From IMG/VR virus record IMGVR_UViG_3300019884_000083, positions 1-56,443 of that record: a stretch of 56,443 bases of DNA; one strand, given 5' to 3'. Within the stretch, counting starts at the first letter, position 1. Every line of letters begins with the position of its first letter. The notes beneath the pieces are model-generated. The model was not told where the DNA came from, did no database searches, and saw only the letters and a program-made list of their open reading frames with translations. Positions 27,935-37,502 of the stretch are shown here, one piece after another. The stretch is from a virus. Lineage: Duplodnaviria; Caudoviricetes. Both the position numbers and the translations under genes were made by a program.

Positions 27935-28333
27935 TCAGCCCTCGCAGTTGTGAACGTAAGAGCCCGCAGGATTCTTCTGCATTCCGGCCCCACAGAGCAT
28001 GCAGGCGAACCTTTCCGGAGTCGTGGGATACTTAGGCTCTAGGCTGGTTATCCAGTCCCAGTCCACCCCGATCAGCTTGGCGTACTCTTTCGCTCCTTGC
28101 GCGGGGAGGGGATCTCCGAGCACTGCCATGGACAGTAGGTGCAACAGAACAGAATGCACGCCACATATGGGAATGTAACCTCCGGGGACAGCTGTCTGAA
28201 TCAAGGCTGACTGGGCACAATCAGCCGCGCCACAGTACCTGGCGGATATTTGTTTGCTAGAAAGAATTTCCAGGCTGAGCCCACCGAACTCTGAAGGATG
28301 GGTCTTGATGATCTCGGAATCGTTAACTCGCAT
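27935..28333 (-). CDS. Cys-rich hypothetical protein
   Basis: Start MRVNDS. CGAADC...ICGVH...CMLCG...HNC. Confidence 0.55.
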   Translation of the reverse strand: MRVNDSEIIKTHPSEFGGLSLEILSSKQISARYCGAADCAQSALIQTAVPGGYIPICGVHSVLLHLLSMAVLGDPLPAQGAKEYAKLIGVDWDWITSLEPKYPTTPERFACMLCGAGMQKNPAGSYVHNCEG

Positions 28334-28580
28334 TAGGCAACTCCCAAGCTTGGTATGCCTCAAAGGATTCCATGCGCATCTGGATTCCGCCTACCTCTAG
28401 CCTGCCCTCGGAGGAAGTCTCCAGTTTAGAGAGCGCACTATCTACCGTCTCTAACAGCTGCTGCGCGAGGGCATCCGCCTTAGCTTTGTCGGCCGGGAGG
28501 GCACCGGTCGCGATCAGGACCCAGCCGTGTACCGGTTCGCCGCGCTCCTCGCGAATCTCTGCCAATGTCTTCAGCTTCAT
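28323..28580 (-). CDS. Hypothetical protein
   Basis: 85 aa with GAGGT RBS. Confidence 0.6.
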   Translation of the reverse strand: MKLKTLAEIREERGEPVHGWVLIATGALPADKAKADALAQQLLETVDSALSKLETSSEGRLEVGGIQMRMESFEAYQAWELPNAS

Positions 28581-28583
28581 GGC

Positions 28584-28721
28584 CTACCTCATACCTTTGG
28601 AGGAGCACCACAAGAGTATAGCCACGGCAATGCCTGTAGCACCGAGCACATATATCCAGCCGACGTCGAACAGTGAAGTATTGGAGGTGATCTTAGAAAG
28701 ATCCCATATCAGATCATCCAT
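28584..28721 (-). CDS. Single-TM microprotein
   Basis: 45 aa containing WIYVLGATGIAVAILLWC. Confidence 0.45.
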   Translation of the reverse strand: MDDLIWDLSKITSNTSLFDVGWIYVLGATGIAVAILLWCSSKGMR

Positions 28722-28778
28722 CAGAATTCATTACCGTGCTTGTGTTCTCGTGTATCTTCATGGCCAATTCATTCAAGG

Positions 28779-28928
28779 TCATAGTCCCACCAATTTCAGA
28801 GCGATTCCGATAAGGGGCAATAGGATGCAAAGGAGAACCACTGCACCCCCCGATGCTACGACGAATCCGGTTCCCCGATTGAAGGGGGAGTCCAACTCTT
28901 CAGCAGAGTGCAGTGGCTCGAATTCCAT
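28779..28928 (-). CDS. Single-TM microprotein
   Basis: 49 aa containing FVVASGGAVVLLCILLPLIGIALKLVGL. Confidence 0.45.
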   Translation of the reverse strand: MEFEPLHSAEELDSPFNRGTGFVVASGGAVVLLCILLPLIGIALKLVGL

Positions 28929-28930
28929 TG

Positions 28931-29641
28931 TCAGCAGGGCCGATGTGGCCTGGCGGAAGGCTTGGCGTTGTGGACGATAGTCCCCGGTGGAAGGAACTCA
29001 ATCCCTTCCTGCGTGAGTCCATGGATCAGGTATAGGATGTCGCCCCAAAAAGTACCGAGGTATTCCTGCACAGCGGCGATCTTGTTAAGTGCTGTACCCA
29101 GCTCATTCCCCTCAGCAATGATACTTTCGGCGATCTTGCTAAGCTGCTTCGGATCTCCAGCTTCCGCCTCAGCCTGGAGCGCGTACAGCCGGACACACGC
29201 CACCATCATGCTGGCCTGTACCTCTTCAGGAACTCGGTCCCATTCCGGCAGGCCAGGAGATATCGATCCTCGAACGACTTCGTGCCAAGTCTTCACGAAA
29301 TTGTCTGGCCTGAGGAATTCCCGCAGCCGTGTAGCTCGGTTGCTAGACTCCGCAATAGCAACAGACGCAGCCTTCCTTGACTCCTCGGCGTGTGCCGTAA
29401 CCTCATCCACCATTTCGGCCCGCTTACGAACGTCAACAACACGCTCGAAAGCTCGGGTCCAAAACTCATGCCCCTGCTTGATATCTCCGATCAGATCCCA
29501 CAGACCCTCTGCCGCCGAGAGGCAAGCGGTAAGCTGCTGCAGCTGCAGGGCCAAATCGTTTTTAAGCCGTGCATTTTCGGCAGCTAACTCATCCCAATTG
29601 AGCTTTCTTCCTGCATCCACTGTCATTTGCTTACCCTCCAA
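28931..29641 (-). CDS. Hypothetical helical protein
   Basis: 236 aa ORF, probable start MTVDAG with GGAGGG RBS. Confidence 0.65.
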   Translation of the reverse strand: MEGKQMTVDAGRKLNWDELAAENARLKNDLALQLQQLTACLSAAEGLWDLIGDIKQGHEFWTRAFERVVDVRKRAEMVDEVTAHAEESRKAASVAIAESSNRATRLREFLRPDNFVKTWHEVVRGSISPGLPEWDRVPEEVQASMMVACVRLYALQAEAEAGDPKQLSKIAESIIAEGNELGTALNKIAAVQEYLGTFWGDILYLIHGLTQEGIEFLPPGTIVHNAKPSARPHRPC

Positions 29642-29728
29642 CGAATAGTCTGTATCCAGCGACGCAAAGCGTGCCGCCGATGAAGATTAGGGCAATGACT
29701 AAGCCGGAAACCTTTGCCTGACTTAGCT

Positions 29729-30973
29729 TCACTTTCCGATCCTGAACTTGGGATCAGGCAGGAACACCCGATTAGACTGCTTGGCCCAGGGGAAGTCGCA
29801 TTGCCCCTCAACACTTTCCCATCCCTGGAATGTGCACTTGCGTTCGGTCGAACCCTGCCCGCTGCATTGCCAGCAAGTCACGATACGCCATACTCCGTCC
29901 GGGTTCCGGGACTCAGCCTCGTAGATAGCCACTTCGCTAAGGTCGGATGCTATCCCATCCTGCCAGACCTTTCCGGAACCCTTGCAGCGAAAGCAGAGCG
30001 CACCCTTCTCGCAGCTGATCTTCACGTACGGCTCGAGGAACGGGTGAGCCTCAACGAGAAGCTTCCCCATCCGGCGCATGACCCCAACCATTTCCCACAT
30101 GAACATCGAGCAAGCACGGTAGGCGTAGACATTCAGGAACTCCCGCAACGAATACTCGCAGATGATGAAATTCGTTGTACCCTCAGGAAGAATGAAACGA
30201 GCGTCCTGATAGGACACCCCTGCATCGCAGGCAGCCTTGTACGCTTCCCACGCAGCAATCTGTGCCGTTTCCCACTTAAGCAAAACCTCCAGTGCCGCCT
30301 CGCTTCGCCCGCCGTCCGGATTCACAATACTCTCGGGCCAGCGGACGTTAGGCTTGTCGCCGTACCAGGTTGCCCGTTGGGACTGCTGATGGAACGCTGC
30401 CTTCCGGCTACGCACGAGTTGATGAGTCAGGGCACGAGAAGCGCCGATCACCTGGAATACCACGACCTGAGACTCTAGGGCCGACTGGAGTCCGCCCCGC
30501 ATCATCTCCTCCCAGCCGTCCTGCCGTGGGTTAGGATGCGCATCGTAGGCTAGGCCGGTAGTCGCCCGTAGTGTTCGTGATAGAACGTTCTTCAGGCTTT
30601 CCTCGTTGACCCCCTGGATCAGCCGAACGTCGAGCCCGTCAAGCCCCACAAGAATTCTGCCCTCGTCGTAGGGCGAATTGTGGCTGCCGTCGTTGGTCGC
30701 GTGCCGATTGAAGGCGTGGTCCTTTAGGAAAGCAGGCTTGGGCGGGTGCGCCTCCAGGTAGTTCCGAGAGTAAATGGGGGCCTGATCCCAGGCTTCAGTC
30801 GCGTCGTCACTAGGCTGAAGGTACTCCCGGTTAGCCCGGTGCTCTTCCAGCCAATCTGGTTCGTCTCTCAACTTATCTCCTAACAATACAAGGGAAATCG
30901 TTGCAATCCCAAGAATCACCGAGAAGATCCCGCAGCCCAATATCAGCATGACCGGGTCGATTCCTGAGATCAT
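29729..30973 (-). CDS. thyX: ThyX-like flavin-dependent thymidylate synthase with N-terminal TM extension and CxxCxGxG zinc-finger insertion
   Basis: ALESQVVVFQVIGASRALTHQLVRSRKAAFHQQSQR and QDARFILPEG. CFRCKGSG...CWQCSGQG. N-terminal hydrophobic helix. Confidence 0.8.
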   Translation of the reverse strand: MISGIDPVMLILGCGIFSVILGIATISLVLLGDKLRDEPDWLEEHRANREYLQPSDDATEAWDQAPIYSRNYLEAHPPKPAFLKDHAFNRHATNDGSHNSPYDEGRILVGLDGLDVRLIQGVNEESLKNVLSRTLRATTGLAYDAHPNPRQDGWEEMMRGGLQSALESQVVVFQVIGASRALTHQLVRSRKAAFHQQSQRATWYGDKPNVRWPESIVNPDGGRSEAALEVLLKWETAQIAAWEAYKAACDAGVSYQDARFILPEGTTNFIICEYSLREFLNVYAYRACSMFMWEMVGVMRRMGKLLVEAHPFLEPYVKISCEKGALCFRCKGSGKVWQDGIASDLSEVAIYEAESRNPDGVWRIVTCWQCSGQGSTERKCTFQGWESVEGQCDFPWAKQSNRVFLPDPKFRIGK

Positions 30974-31335
30974 TACGCAGGCATGTGCTCACAGGAGCCG
31001 CTACCCAGAAGCTGCGGGCAGTGTTCCTTCAAGTGCCGAGTTAGGCGATCGATAGAATCCCGCTGGTTCTTCAAGCGGTCATCGATCGACGTAAAGAATT
31101 GCGCATCTATAATGTGTGCGTGGAGGTTGAATTCCCACGGGTTTTCCTGCATTTTGTCGGGAACCCAGAGGACACCGTTGTCCAACTGGATCTTCCAGCG
31201 GGCCTGACGCCCATCCGGATTGATGCCGTCCAGGAACATACGAGTCCCCTTGGGCGGAGAGAACACTGCATCGCCGTCAATCGCCATGTGGTCAAATCTA
31301 TCCGATCGGATTCGGCTGCCGCTAGTCCGGCTCAA
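30973..31335 (-). CDS. Hypothetical protein
   Basis: 120 aa packed between dnaE and thyX. Confidence 0.55.
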   Translation of the reverse strand: MSRTSGSRIRSDRFDHMAIDGDAVFSPPKGTRMFLDGINPDGRQARWKIQLDNGVLWVPDKMQENPWEFNLHAHIIDAQFFTSIDDRLKNQRDSIDRLTRHLKEHCPQLLGSGSCEHMPA

Positions 31336-34300
31336 TCACCACAAGCTCTTTTGCATACAGGCTAGCACCGAAAGAGTTCTGTGACTTACGAGCCCAGACC
31401 CATATCACGTCGAGCCCCAGCCGTATCCTCTCTAGGCCAGCCTTAAACCGTGGGTAGTCCTGCCGTTTGATACGAACGTACACATCCTCATCCCCGTCAT
31501 CGCCACAGTGTAGAACGCAGGATGTCGGAAGGTCCGGCCTCCACATTTCGGCCTTGATCTCTTCGGGGCTCCGTCCGGAACGCGCTCGCTCATCCTCAAC
31601 GTAGTCCTTTAGTTCCCTGAGTCGAACCATCCCGATCCAGATAACATCAGTATCCCCAGGCAAATCCAGAATGCCATCGCTACGAATCGTAGGCTCGAAC
31701 AAGGGTATCCTTCCCGCCCGCAGGTCCGCACGCACCGAGTCAAGCGAACGCTCGACCACCCGGAGCCCAAACGGGTCGTCCCCCTCAATCTGATCCCGCA
31801 TATTCTCTAGAGTCTTCGGGCCGATCCCGTTCACATTCAGCAGATCATCGGCACAACGAATCTCGTTGCGCTCCATATACTTTACAATCTCCTGCGCCTT
31901 CGATGGGCCGACCCCGTTGAGGGAGAGCCAACCCGCAGCAATCTCCGTCTCGCTCACTACGGTCCAGTTAAGCCCAGAGAGCCCAGGCTTCACGCCCTGC
32001 ACCTTGATACCGTGTTTCTCGGCATCCTTGATCAGTCGAGGCCACTTCTCCTTCTTGATCTTCTGCAACTGAGCGGTGTAGAAGGCAGCAGCATGGTGCA
32101 CCTTGAAGTACATACACCAATACCCGATTATGGTATAGGACAGCGAGTGTGAGTAAACGAACGCGTAGGAGGCTGAGGTTACGACCCGCTCCCAGACCTT
32201 CATAGCCGTCTCGCGGGTAACACCGTGAAGCTTGATTGCGTTATCCGCGAAGGCTTCTGCCGAGGTATTGAACTGAGCCTCGCCGAGCTTCTGCGAGATG
32301 ATACGACGGATCTCATGAACCCTTTGGACTGACAGTCCGCCAAAATCGGCTAGAGCATGGAGGATCTGCTCTTGATAGATTATCTGTCCTCGGGTTCCCT
32401 TTGCGATTCTATCAATGATCGGATGTACTCGAGTAGGCTCGCGGCGTCCATGCTTGACTCCGATGTATTCAGCGGTCGTCCCAGAAAATAAAGGCCCAGG
32501 ACGGCTGAGCGCGTTAATGTCGATGAGATCGAGAAAGTTATCTGGCTGGACATCCCGACATACGAGTCTGGTCGCACGGCCTTCGAATTGGAATACTCCG
32601 ACAACATCGGCCCTCCTAAAAGCTGCGATAGTCTCAGAATCATCGTACGGAAGCGCATACAATTCATCCAGGCTCATCCCTATCAAGCCTAGGATAGTGT
32701 TGATAGTTCCCATGGTTGAGAGTCCAAGGAGATCAAACTTCATAAGCCCCAAGTATTCTGCGTCATACTTGTTGACTGATACGGCGGTTAGCTTCGGCGC
32801 TCCTTCCCCGGCCGCCTTGTCCTCCCGGGTGTACATTGCGCAGACTTCACTGATCGGCTGATCCGAGATTACGAGCCCGGCCGCATGGACCGACATGCCT
32901 TTGTAGTTACCCTCCAAGCGAATCGCCTGATTCAGGTCAGGATGCCGGTCTAACACAGCCTTGGCCGAAGGGAACATTTCGAAGGTATCCACCAGCGAAG
33001 CGTCAGCCCGCGAGTCCCCACCCGAGCGCTCAACGATGACGTTCTTTACAATTTCGATATCCATCTTAGGGATTCGGTACACACGAGCGACATCGTCCAG
33101 ACTGTTCTTGCCCTTGTACTTCGTAAAGGTCCCTATGTTGGCGACGTTAGCTGCGCCGAACTTACGTACGGCGTATTCCCTGACTTCCCAACGCCTAGAG
33201 TCATCAAAGTCCGTGTCGATATCAGGAAGGTCAACACGAGTCGGGTCCACGAACCGAGAGAAGTCCGTAAGCGGGAACTGAAGCGGGTCAGGCTCCGTAA
33301 TCCGGAGGAGATAGCAAACCACTGAAGCAGCTGAGGATCCACGGCCCGGACCAACAGCGATCCCGCGAGACTTGGCGAACTTGATGAGGTCAGAGGCTAA
33401 GAGGAAATAGCTCTCGAAACCCTTCTCCAGGACCCGATCCATTTCCATCTTTATCTGCATCTCGTACTGCTCCCGATGCTCGATCATGCGTCGGTTACCT
33501 TGCGCTACCCGGTATCGCCACCCCTCCCGCAACCAGTCCCAAAGCGCAGCAATAGGATCCACTACCGGGTAGCGAAACCTCTGCGCCTTCGGTAGCTCTA
33601 CATTGCAGCGTTCGCCTATCTCAATGGTTGAACGACAGGCTTCTCGAGCTGCGGCTTCACCGAGTCCCGTTCCTAGCATTGCCTTGTACACGGCCTTGTC
33701 ACTGAGCGGAGTGTAGTCAGGTACGTCGTATTCCCACGAAGATAGTTGCTGCGCAATCGTATTGGTCCCGCGTCCTGCAGCGTGCAGCAACGCCCGTAGC
33801 TCGCTATCGCCGGGTTGAACGGTATGAACGTCCGCCGTCGCCACGAGAGGAATCCCGAGCTTCTTGCCCAGCTTTTCGAAGGCCGGGTTAAGGACTCGCG
33901 TCCGGGCTAGCTCCGGGAACATCTGCGTCTCGAGGTAGAACCGGTCCCCAAGAAGCTCTTTCATCTTCAGGGCATATCGCACAGCCCGATTCCAGCTGGC
34001 TTCCTCTTCGGGAATGTCCTTCCCGCCCAGGAGAGAACACGAGAGCAACGAGTCGCTACAGCCGGAAAGGACTATCAACCCCTCGTTATGCGCCTGCAGC
34101 ATCGAGCCCGAAACAGTCGGCCAGCGGTAGAAGCTCTCCCAGGATTCCGTGGCAATCCTGTTGAGGTTCCTATAACCCTCGTCGTTCATTGCCAGGATTG
34201 TCAGGTGGAACTTCCTCGGGGAGTCCGGCCGGAGCGCGGTATAAGCCTCAAGCCCAAACAGCGGCTTCACGCCGTACTTCTTGGCAGCCTTCTCCAGGCC

Positions 34301-34444
34301 GACGTGTCCCGAGACATTGCCGTGATCCGTAATAGCGAGAGCGGACATACCTAGCTCGGCAGCCCGCTTCATGTGGTCCTCGGGAGTCCCGTGCCCATCC
34401 TGGTAAGAGAACGTTGTGTGGTGATGGGTCGAGACGAACTTCAC
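31322..34444 (-). CDS. dnaE: DNA polymerase III alpha subunit (DnaE-like, with PHP domain)
   Basis: Probable GTG start VKFVSTHHHTTFS. PHP motifs TDHG, GLEAY and ATADVH. GPGRGSSAAS, catalytic PDIDTDFDD, HAAGLVI, KFDLLGL and GVFQFE. Confidence 0.95.
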   Translation of the reverse strand: MKFVSTHHHTTFSYQDGHGTPEDHMKRAAELGMSALAITDHGNVSGHVGLEKAAKKYGVKPLFGLEAYTALRPDSPRKFHLTILAMNDEGYRNLNRIATESWESFYRWPTVSGSMLQAHNEGLIVLSGCSDSLLSCSLLGGKDIPEEEASWNRAVRYALKMKELLGDRFYLETQMFPELARTRVLNPAFEKLGKKLGIPLVATADVHTVQPGDSELRALLHAAGRGTNTIAQQLSSWEYDVPDYTPLSDKAVYKAMLGTGLGEAAAREACRSTIEIGERCNVELPKAQRFRYPVVDPIAALWDWLREGWRYRVAQGNRRMIEHREQYEMQIKMEMDRVLEKGFESYFLLASDLIKFAKSRGIAVGPGRGSSAASVVCYLLRITEPDPLQFPLTDFSRFVDPTRVDLPDIDTDFDDSRRWEVREYAVRKFGAANVANIGTFTKYKGKNSLDDVARVYRIPKMDIEIVKNVIVERSGGDSRADASLVDTFEMFPSAKAVLDRHPDLNQAIRLEGNYKGMSVHAAGLVISDQPISEVCAMYTREDKAAGEGAPKLTAVSVNKYDAEYLGLMKFDLLGLSTMGTINTILGLIGMSLDELYALPYDDSETIAAFRRADVVGVFQFEGRATRLVCRDVQPDNFLDLIDINALSRPGPLFSGTTAEYIGVKHGRREPTRVHPIIDRIAKGTRGQIIYQEQILHALADFGGLSVQRVHEIRRIISQKLGEAQFNTSAEAFADNAIKLHGVTRETAMKVWERVVTSASYAFVYSHSLSYTIIGYWCMYFKVHHAAAFYTAQLQKIKKEKWPRLIKDAEKHGIKVQGVKPGLSGLNWTVVSETEIAAGWLSLNGVGPSKAQEIVKYMERNEIRCADDLLNVNGIGPKTLENMRDQIEGDDPFGLRVVERSLDSVRADLRAGRIPLFEPTIRSDGILDLPGDTDVIWIGMVRLRELKDYVEDERARSGRSPEEIKAEMWRPDLPTSCVLHCGDDGDEDVYVRIKRQDYPRFKAGLERIRLGLDVIWVWARKSQNSFGASLYAKELVVIEPD

Positions 34445-34530
34445 GGCTTGGCCGCCGCTAGCATTAGCACTATGAAGTAACAAATTACTCCAAGAATTGC
34501 TAGGTGCCACCACTCAATCTTGATCTTCAA
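34441..34530 (-). CDS. Single-TM microprotein
   Basis: TTG start with AGGAGG RBS: MKIKIEWWHLAILGVICYFIVLMLAAAKP. GTGA overlap with dnaE. Confidence 0.45.
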   Translation of the reverse strand: MKIKIEWWHLAILGVICYFIVLMLAAAKP

Positions 34531-34748
34531 TTGCTGAACCTCCTAAAGTGTATCCAAACACAGCACCAGGGGGTGTTGACAGCGAACCCATTTATGTTAC
34601 GCCAGGAAACTTCCGTCTTGAGGAGAAGCTTCCCTCCCGGACCGGCATGACTCCATACCGGAGTCCAAAGACGGAACATGTATGTAGTTCGTAGATATAT
34701 GAACACCACGCCGCCCAGCAGCGTCATGTGCCTCTCGCCCCTTGTCAT
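34527..34748 (-). CDS. Hypothetical protein
   Basis: 73 aa, ATGA overlap with dcd. Confidence 0.5.
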   Translation of the reverse strand: MTRGERHMTLLGGVVFIYLRTTYMFRLWTPVWSHAGPGGKLLLKTEVSWRNINGFAVNTPWCCVWIHFRRFSN

Positions 34749-35245
34749 TGGTTCCTCGCCGGGGTGGGGCCTTTCTGGAACTGATACCTAGAATGCAGCT
34801 CTGGATTGCCATAGGTTCGTTCTGGAGTAGTGCTAAGTGCGTCAAAGGTGACCTGGCAGATGAGCATTCCCTTGCAGAGCCATATCATTCGATCGCTCAT
34901 ATTGTACATCTCTAGGGTAAGCTGACCGGAGAATCCCGGATCAACAAGTCCGGCTGCGTGAACGATCAGCCCCTCCCTGGCACGGGTAGACTTCCCGTGC
35001 ACCTGTGCGACTATGTTACGGGACAAGGTGATCGTCTCGATAGTCGAGCCTAAGATGAACTGACCTGATCCAATCCCATAGCCTCCACCAGTCAGCATGT
35101 CGCTAGGGAAACCTTTGTCGAGTATGGAATCTAGCCTAAGGTCAATGCTTACCGGCTGGAACTGCCAGGGATACATATCCGCTGAGCTATCAATCCGGAT
35201 ATCTCCAGCTTCGATCATCCTGCGGATCGTAATATCAGAAAGCAT
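34745..35245 (-). CDS. dcd: dCTP deaminase
   Basis: MLSDITI, QPVSIDLRL, GKSTRAREGL, AGLVDPGFSGQLTLE, ICQVTF and YQFQKG. Confidence 0.9.
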   Translation of the reverse strand: MLSDITIRRMIEAGDIRIDSSADMYPWQFQPVSIDLRLDSILDKGFPSDMLTGGGYGIGSGQFILGSTIETITLSRNIVAQVHGKSTRAREGLIVHAAGLVDPGFSGQLTLEMYNMSDRMIWLCKGMLICQVTFDALSTTPERTYGNPELHSRYQFQKGPTPARNQ

Positions 35246-35465
35246 TCTTGTCCTCGCAGCCACAAGTCAGTGTATGCCGATTACCGTGCGTTCCGTTCGG
35301 CCCCAAAGGACGTTGCCGATCAATCTCATCAATCATGCGCTGCAAACGTTCGACATGGATTTGGTCCGCTACTGATGATTGTCCGATAGCCGTCATCGCA
35401 ACACAAAGCGTCTCGCGAACCATCTTCAGGGTACCGCGCAGGTCGACGAAGTACAAGCTAGCCAT
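35235..35465 (-). CDS. Hypothetical protein
   Basis: Probable start MASLY with GGAG RBS. C-terminal RPLGPNGTHGNRHTLTCGCE. Confidence 0.6.
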   Translation of the reverse strand: MASLYFVDLRGTLKMVRETLCVAMTAIGQSSVADQIHVERLQRMIDEIDRQRPLGPNGTHGNRHTLTCGCEDKNAF

Positions 35466-35808
35466 TCTCTCCACGCTCCGCCCAGTTGAGCATTTCCCGG
35501 AGCGCTGCTTGCGCCAGAATCGCGTTGTGTAGCCGGTTGGCCTCGTCACGATGCCAGGCGTGCTTCTTGATGAGGTCTGTAAGAGTCCAACTCTCCTCGA
35601 GCGCCTTACGTAGGGCGAAATCCTCTACCATACCGTTCAACTTCAGGAGCCTATCCCTTTGGTGCTCTTCAATTTCTGGCTTCTTAGCGGCCCACTTGTC
35701 GGCGGTCTCATCAGCGATCCGCATAGAACGCTGGGCGCGCACCGACCATTCGAGAATCTGGCTCGAGCTGACCAAGCTAGCCCGAAGGTTTCCTGATCCT
35801 ATTCCCAT
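35458..35808 (-). CDS. Hypothetical helical protein
   Basis: Probable start MGIGSG with AAGGAG RBS. Confidence 0.6.
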   Translation of the reverse strand: MGIGSGNLRASLVSSSQILEWSVRAQRSMRIADETADKWAAKKPEIEEHQRDRLLKLNGMVEDFALRKALEESWTLTDLIKKHAWHRDEANRLHNAILAQAALREMLNWAERGENG

Positions 35809-36431
35809 CGCAACTCCTTCTTCATCGTGAGTATCTGTTCTGACATGCTCTCCCACTGTCGCTCCATGGTCGGCTGCATCTGTGGACTGCGAAGTCCGTA
35901 GGCCGGATGGTACTGGTAAGAAATCCAGACCCCCTTCGCTCGAGTCTCATAAATCTCACCACGATGCATACGGAAAGCGTGAGCGTTGATCACGTCTGCC
36001 GCTACGGAGCCAACAGCCACAATCAATCGGGGTCGCCCGATCAGCTTCCACTCACGCCGAAGGTATGGCCGAGCGGCCATCTGCTCGCCCATGGTTGGTG
36101 TGCGGTTCCCGGGTGGCCGGTACTTGATCGCATTCGTTAGCCAGACGTTCGGATCGATCTCGTATCCCACCAACGCCGAACGGCTAGGTTTCGCGTACAG
36201 ACCGGCGATAGCCATGAGCTGATGCAGGACCTGCCCGCTAGCCCCACAGAATGGCTCCCTACGCGCGTTCTCTGTGGCACCTGGGGCCTCGCCCACAACC
36301 ATGGCTAAAGGCCGGGAGGCTCCAATTCCGGGCACCAGATGTGTGCCCGGAGTCCTGAGGTAGGCAAATGTGGAGTCCTGCTCGATCTCCTCCCAGAAGT
36401 CGATCAGTCCGGCCTCGTCCACCCTACCCAT
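35799..36431 (-). CDS. Uracil-DNA glycosylase, family 4-like
   Basis: VGEAPGATE, PFCGASG, WLTNAIKYRPPGNRTP and YHPAYGLR. Confidence 0.9.
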   Translation of the reverse strand: MGRVDEAGLIDFWEEIEQDSTFAYLRTPGTHLVPGIGASRPLAMVVGEAPGATENARREPFCGASGQVLHQLMAIAGLYAKPSRSALVGYEIDPNVWLTNAIKYRPPGNRTPTMGEQMAARPYLRREWKLIGRPRLIVAVGSVAADVINAHAFRMHRGEIYETRAKGVWISYQYHPAYGLRSPQMQPTMERQWESMSEQILTMKKELRWE

Positions 36432-36876
36432 TGTCTCCACCGATTAGGGTATTCGGAGACTGTCGCGGCACGATACCGCTACGCTTGGCGGCATGCTTGA
36501 GGGGTCCGGTGCCCTTCAAAGGAAGCTCGTCATCCAAATCCTCATCATCCTCGTCGAAGTCCACGCCGTGCTGTTGCGTCCACTTGTCGTAAGAGCCCTC
36601 TTCCCGGTCCAGGTCCAGCAGCAGGAGAAGCCCGTGTGCCACGATCTCTTTCACGATGGTGCGCTGATCTTCGCGCCACTTTTCTTCGGCATGGCTGTTC
36701 TCTCCAGGCCACATCAAGGTCTTCAGCTTGCGCGCCTTGCGATAAAGGCTGACGAACTCCCCGAGTGCGCCGAGGTCTCGCGGCTGCTGGTACTCCTTCG
36801 CCCATTTATCGAAATCGGCACGAAGCTCATACATCAACTTGCGAGCTATATAATCCCGTTCGTTCTTGTCCGTCAT
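36424..36876 (-). CDS. MazG-like / nucleotide-modification-associated all-alpha protein
   Basis: FDKWAKEY...LGALGEFVSLYRKARKLK.LMW...IVKEIVAHGLLLL resembles phage Nmad1/MazG-like proteins. Context supports it. Confidence 0.55.
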   Translation of the reverse strand: MTDKNERDYIARKLMYELRADFDKWAKEYQQPRDLGALGEFVSLYRKARKLKTLMWPGENSHAEEKWREDQRTIVKEIVAHGLLLLLDLDREEGSYDKWTQQHGVDFDEDDEDLDDELPLKGTGPLKHAAKRSGIVPRQSPNTLIGGDNG

Positions 36877-37502
36877 GAATTTCCCTTCCGAGCATTGATC
36901 CGGTCTCGAGCTACCTCAAGCATTTCGAAGCAAGAGAACACCCGCCCTTGGAGCTCATCCTCGTTGTAGTGTCGGTTATACGGCTGATCCCTTACATACG
37001 TGGCGAAACCATGTGATATCGATTCGTCGCATTGTTCCGGAAGGTCATCAAACACCGCCAGCACCCGATCCCCGGCCTGCCGAGCTAATTCAGCATACTT
37101 GTCCTCCCCAAAGAGGACGGCGTCATAGTGAATCTTGTTACGGCGTAGCCATTCACGCGTATCAGGGTCGATGTTGTCGAGCCGTAGATAAGGGCGGGTA
37201 GTACAGATCCAGACCTCTGCACCGATTTGACTGATACCCTCGGTAAGTCCGGTTACCCCGTCATAAGCAGGCATCCAGCGCTTCAACCCGCCCTGGCGGA
37301 AGGCAAGCTTGCATTCTTGATACACCGAGTGATCGACACCCATCCACTGGGACAAACGCTTGCCCGGGTTGATGTCCTTGGGATTCGGCATCGGCATGCC
37401 AATCCATAGCTCGGCAAACTCCAGGAAATGCTTGTGGTAGTCCGCTAAGGTTCCGTCGATATCGACTGCAAATACAGGGATTCCGTGGCCGTTCGTCCTC
37501 AT
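36873..37502 (-). CDS. HAD-superfamily 5'(3')-nucleotidase-like protein
   Basis: AVDIDGTLAD, ICTTRP, K, VFDDLP and QPYN motifs. Confidence 0.85.
   Translation of the reverse strand: MRTNGHGIPVFAVDIDGTLADYHKHFLEFAELWIGMPMPNPKDINPGKRLSQWMGVDHSVYQECKLAFRQGGLKRWMPAYDGVTGLTEGISQIGAEVWICTTRPYLRLDNIDPDTREWLRRNKIHYDAVLFGEDKYAELARQAGDRVLAVFDDLPEQCDESISHGFATYVRDQPYNRHYNEDELQGRVFSCFEMLEVARDRINARKGNS

Noticed and set aside
28714-28782. 22-codon ORF MTLNELAMKIHENTSTVMNSDG, reminiscent of the start of phage MazG-like proteins
   Set aside because: Too short to support a pseudogene call without a database search.
31322-34444. Inteins or introns in DnaE, helicase or terminase
   Set aside because: Protein lengths and motif spacing are continuous, with no splice-junction or homing-endonuclease motifs seen.
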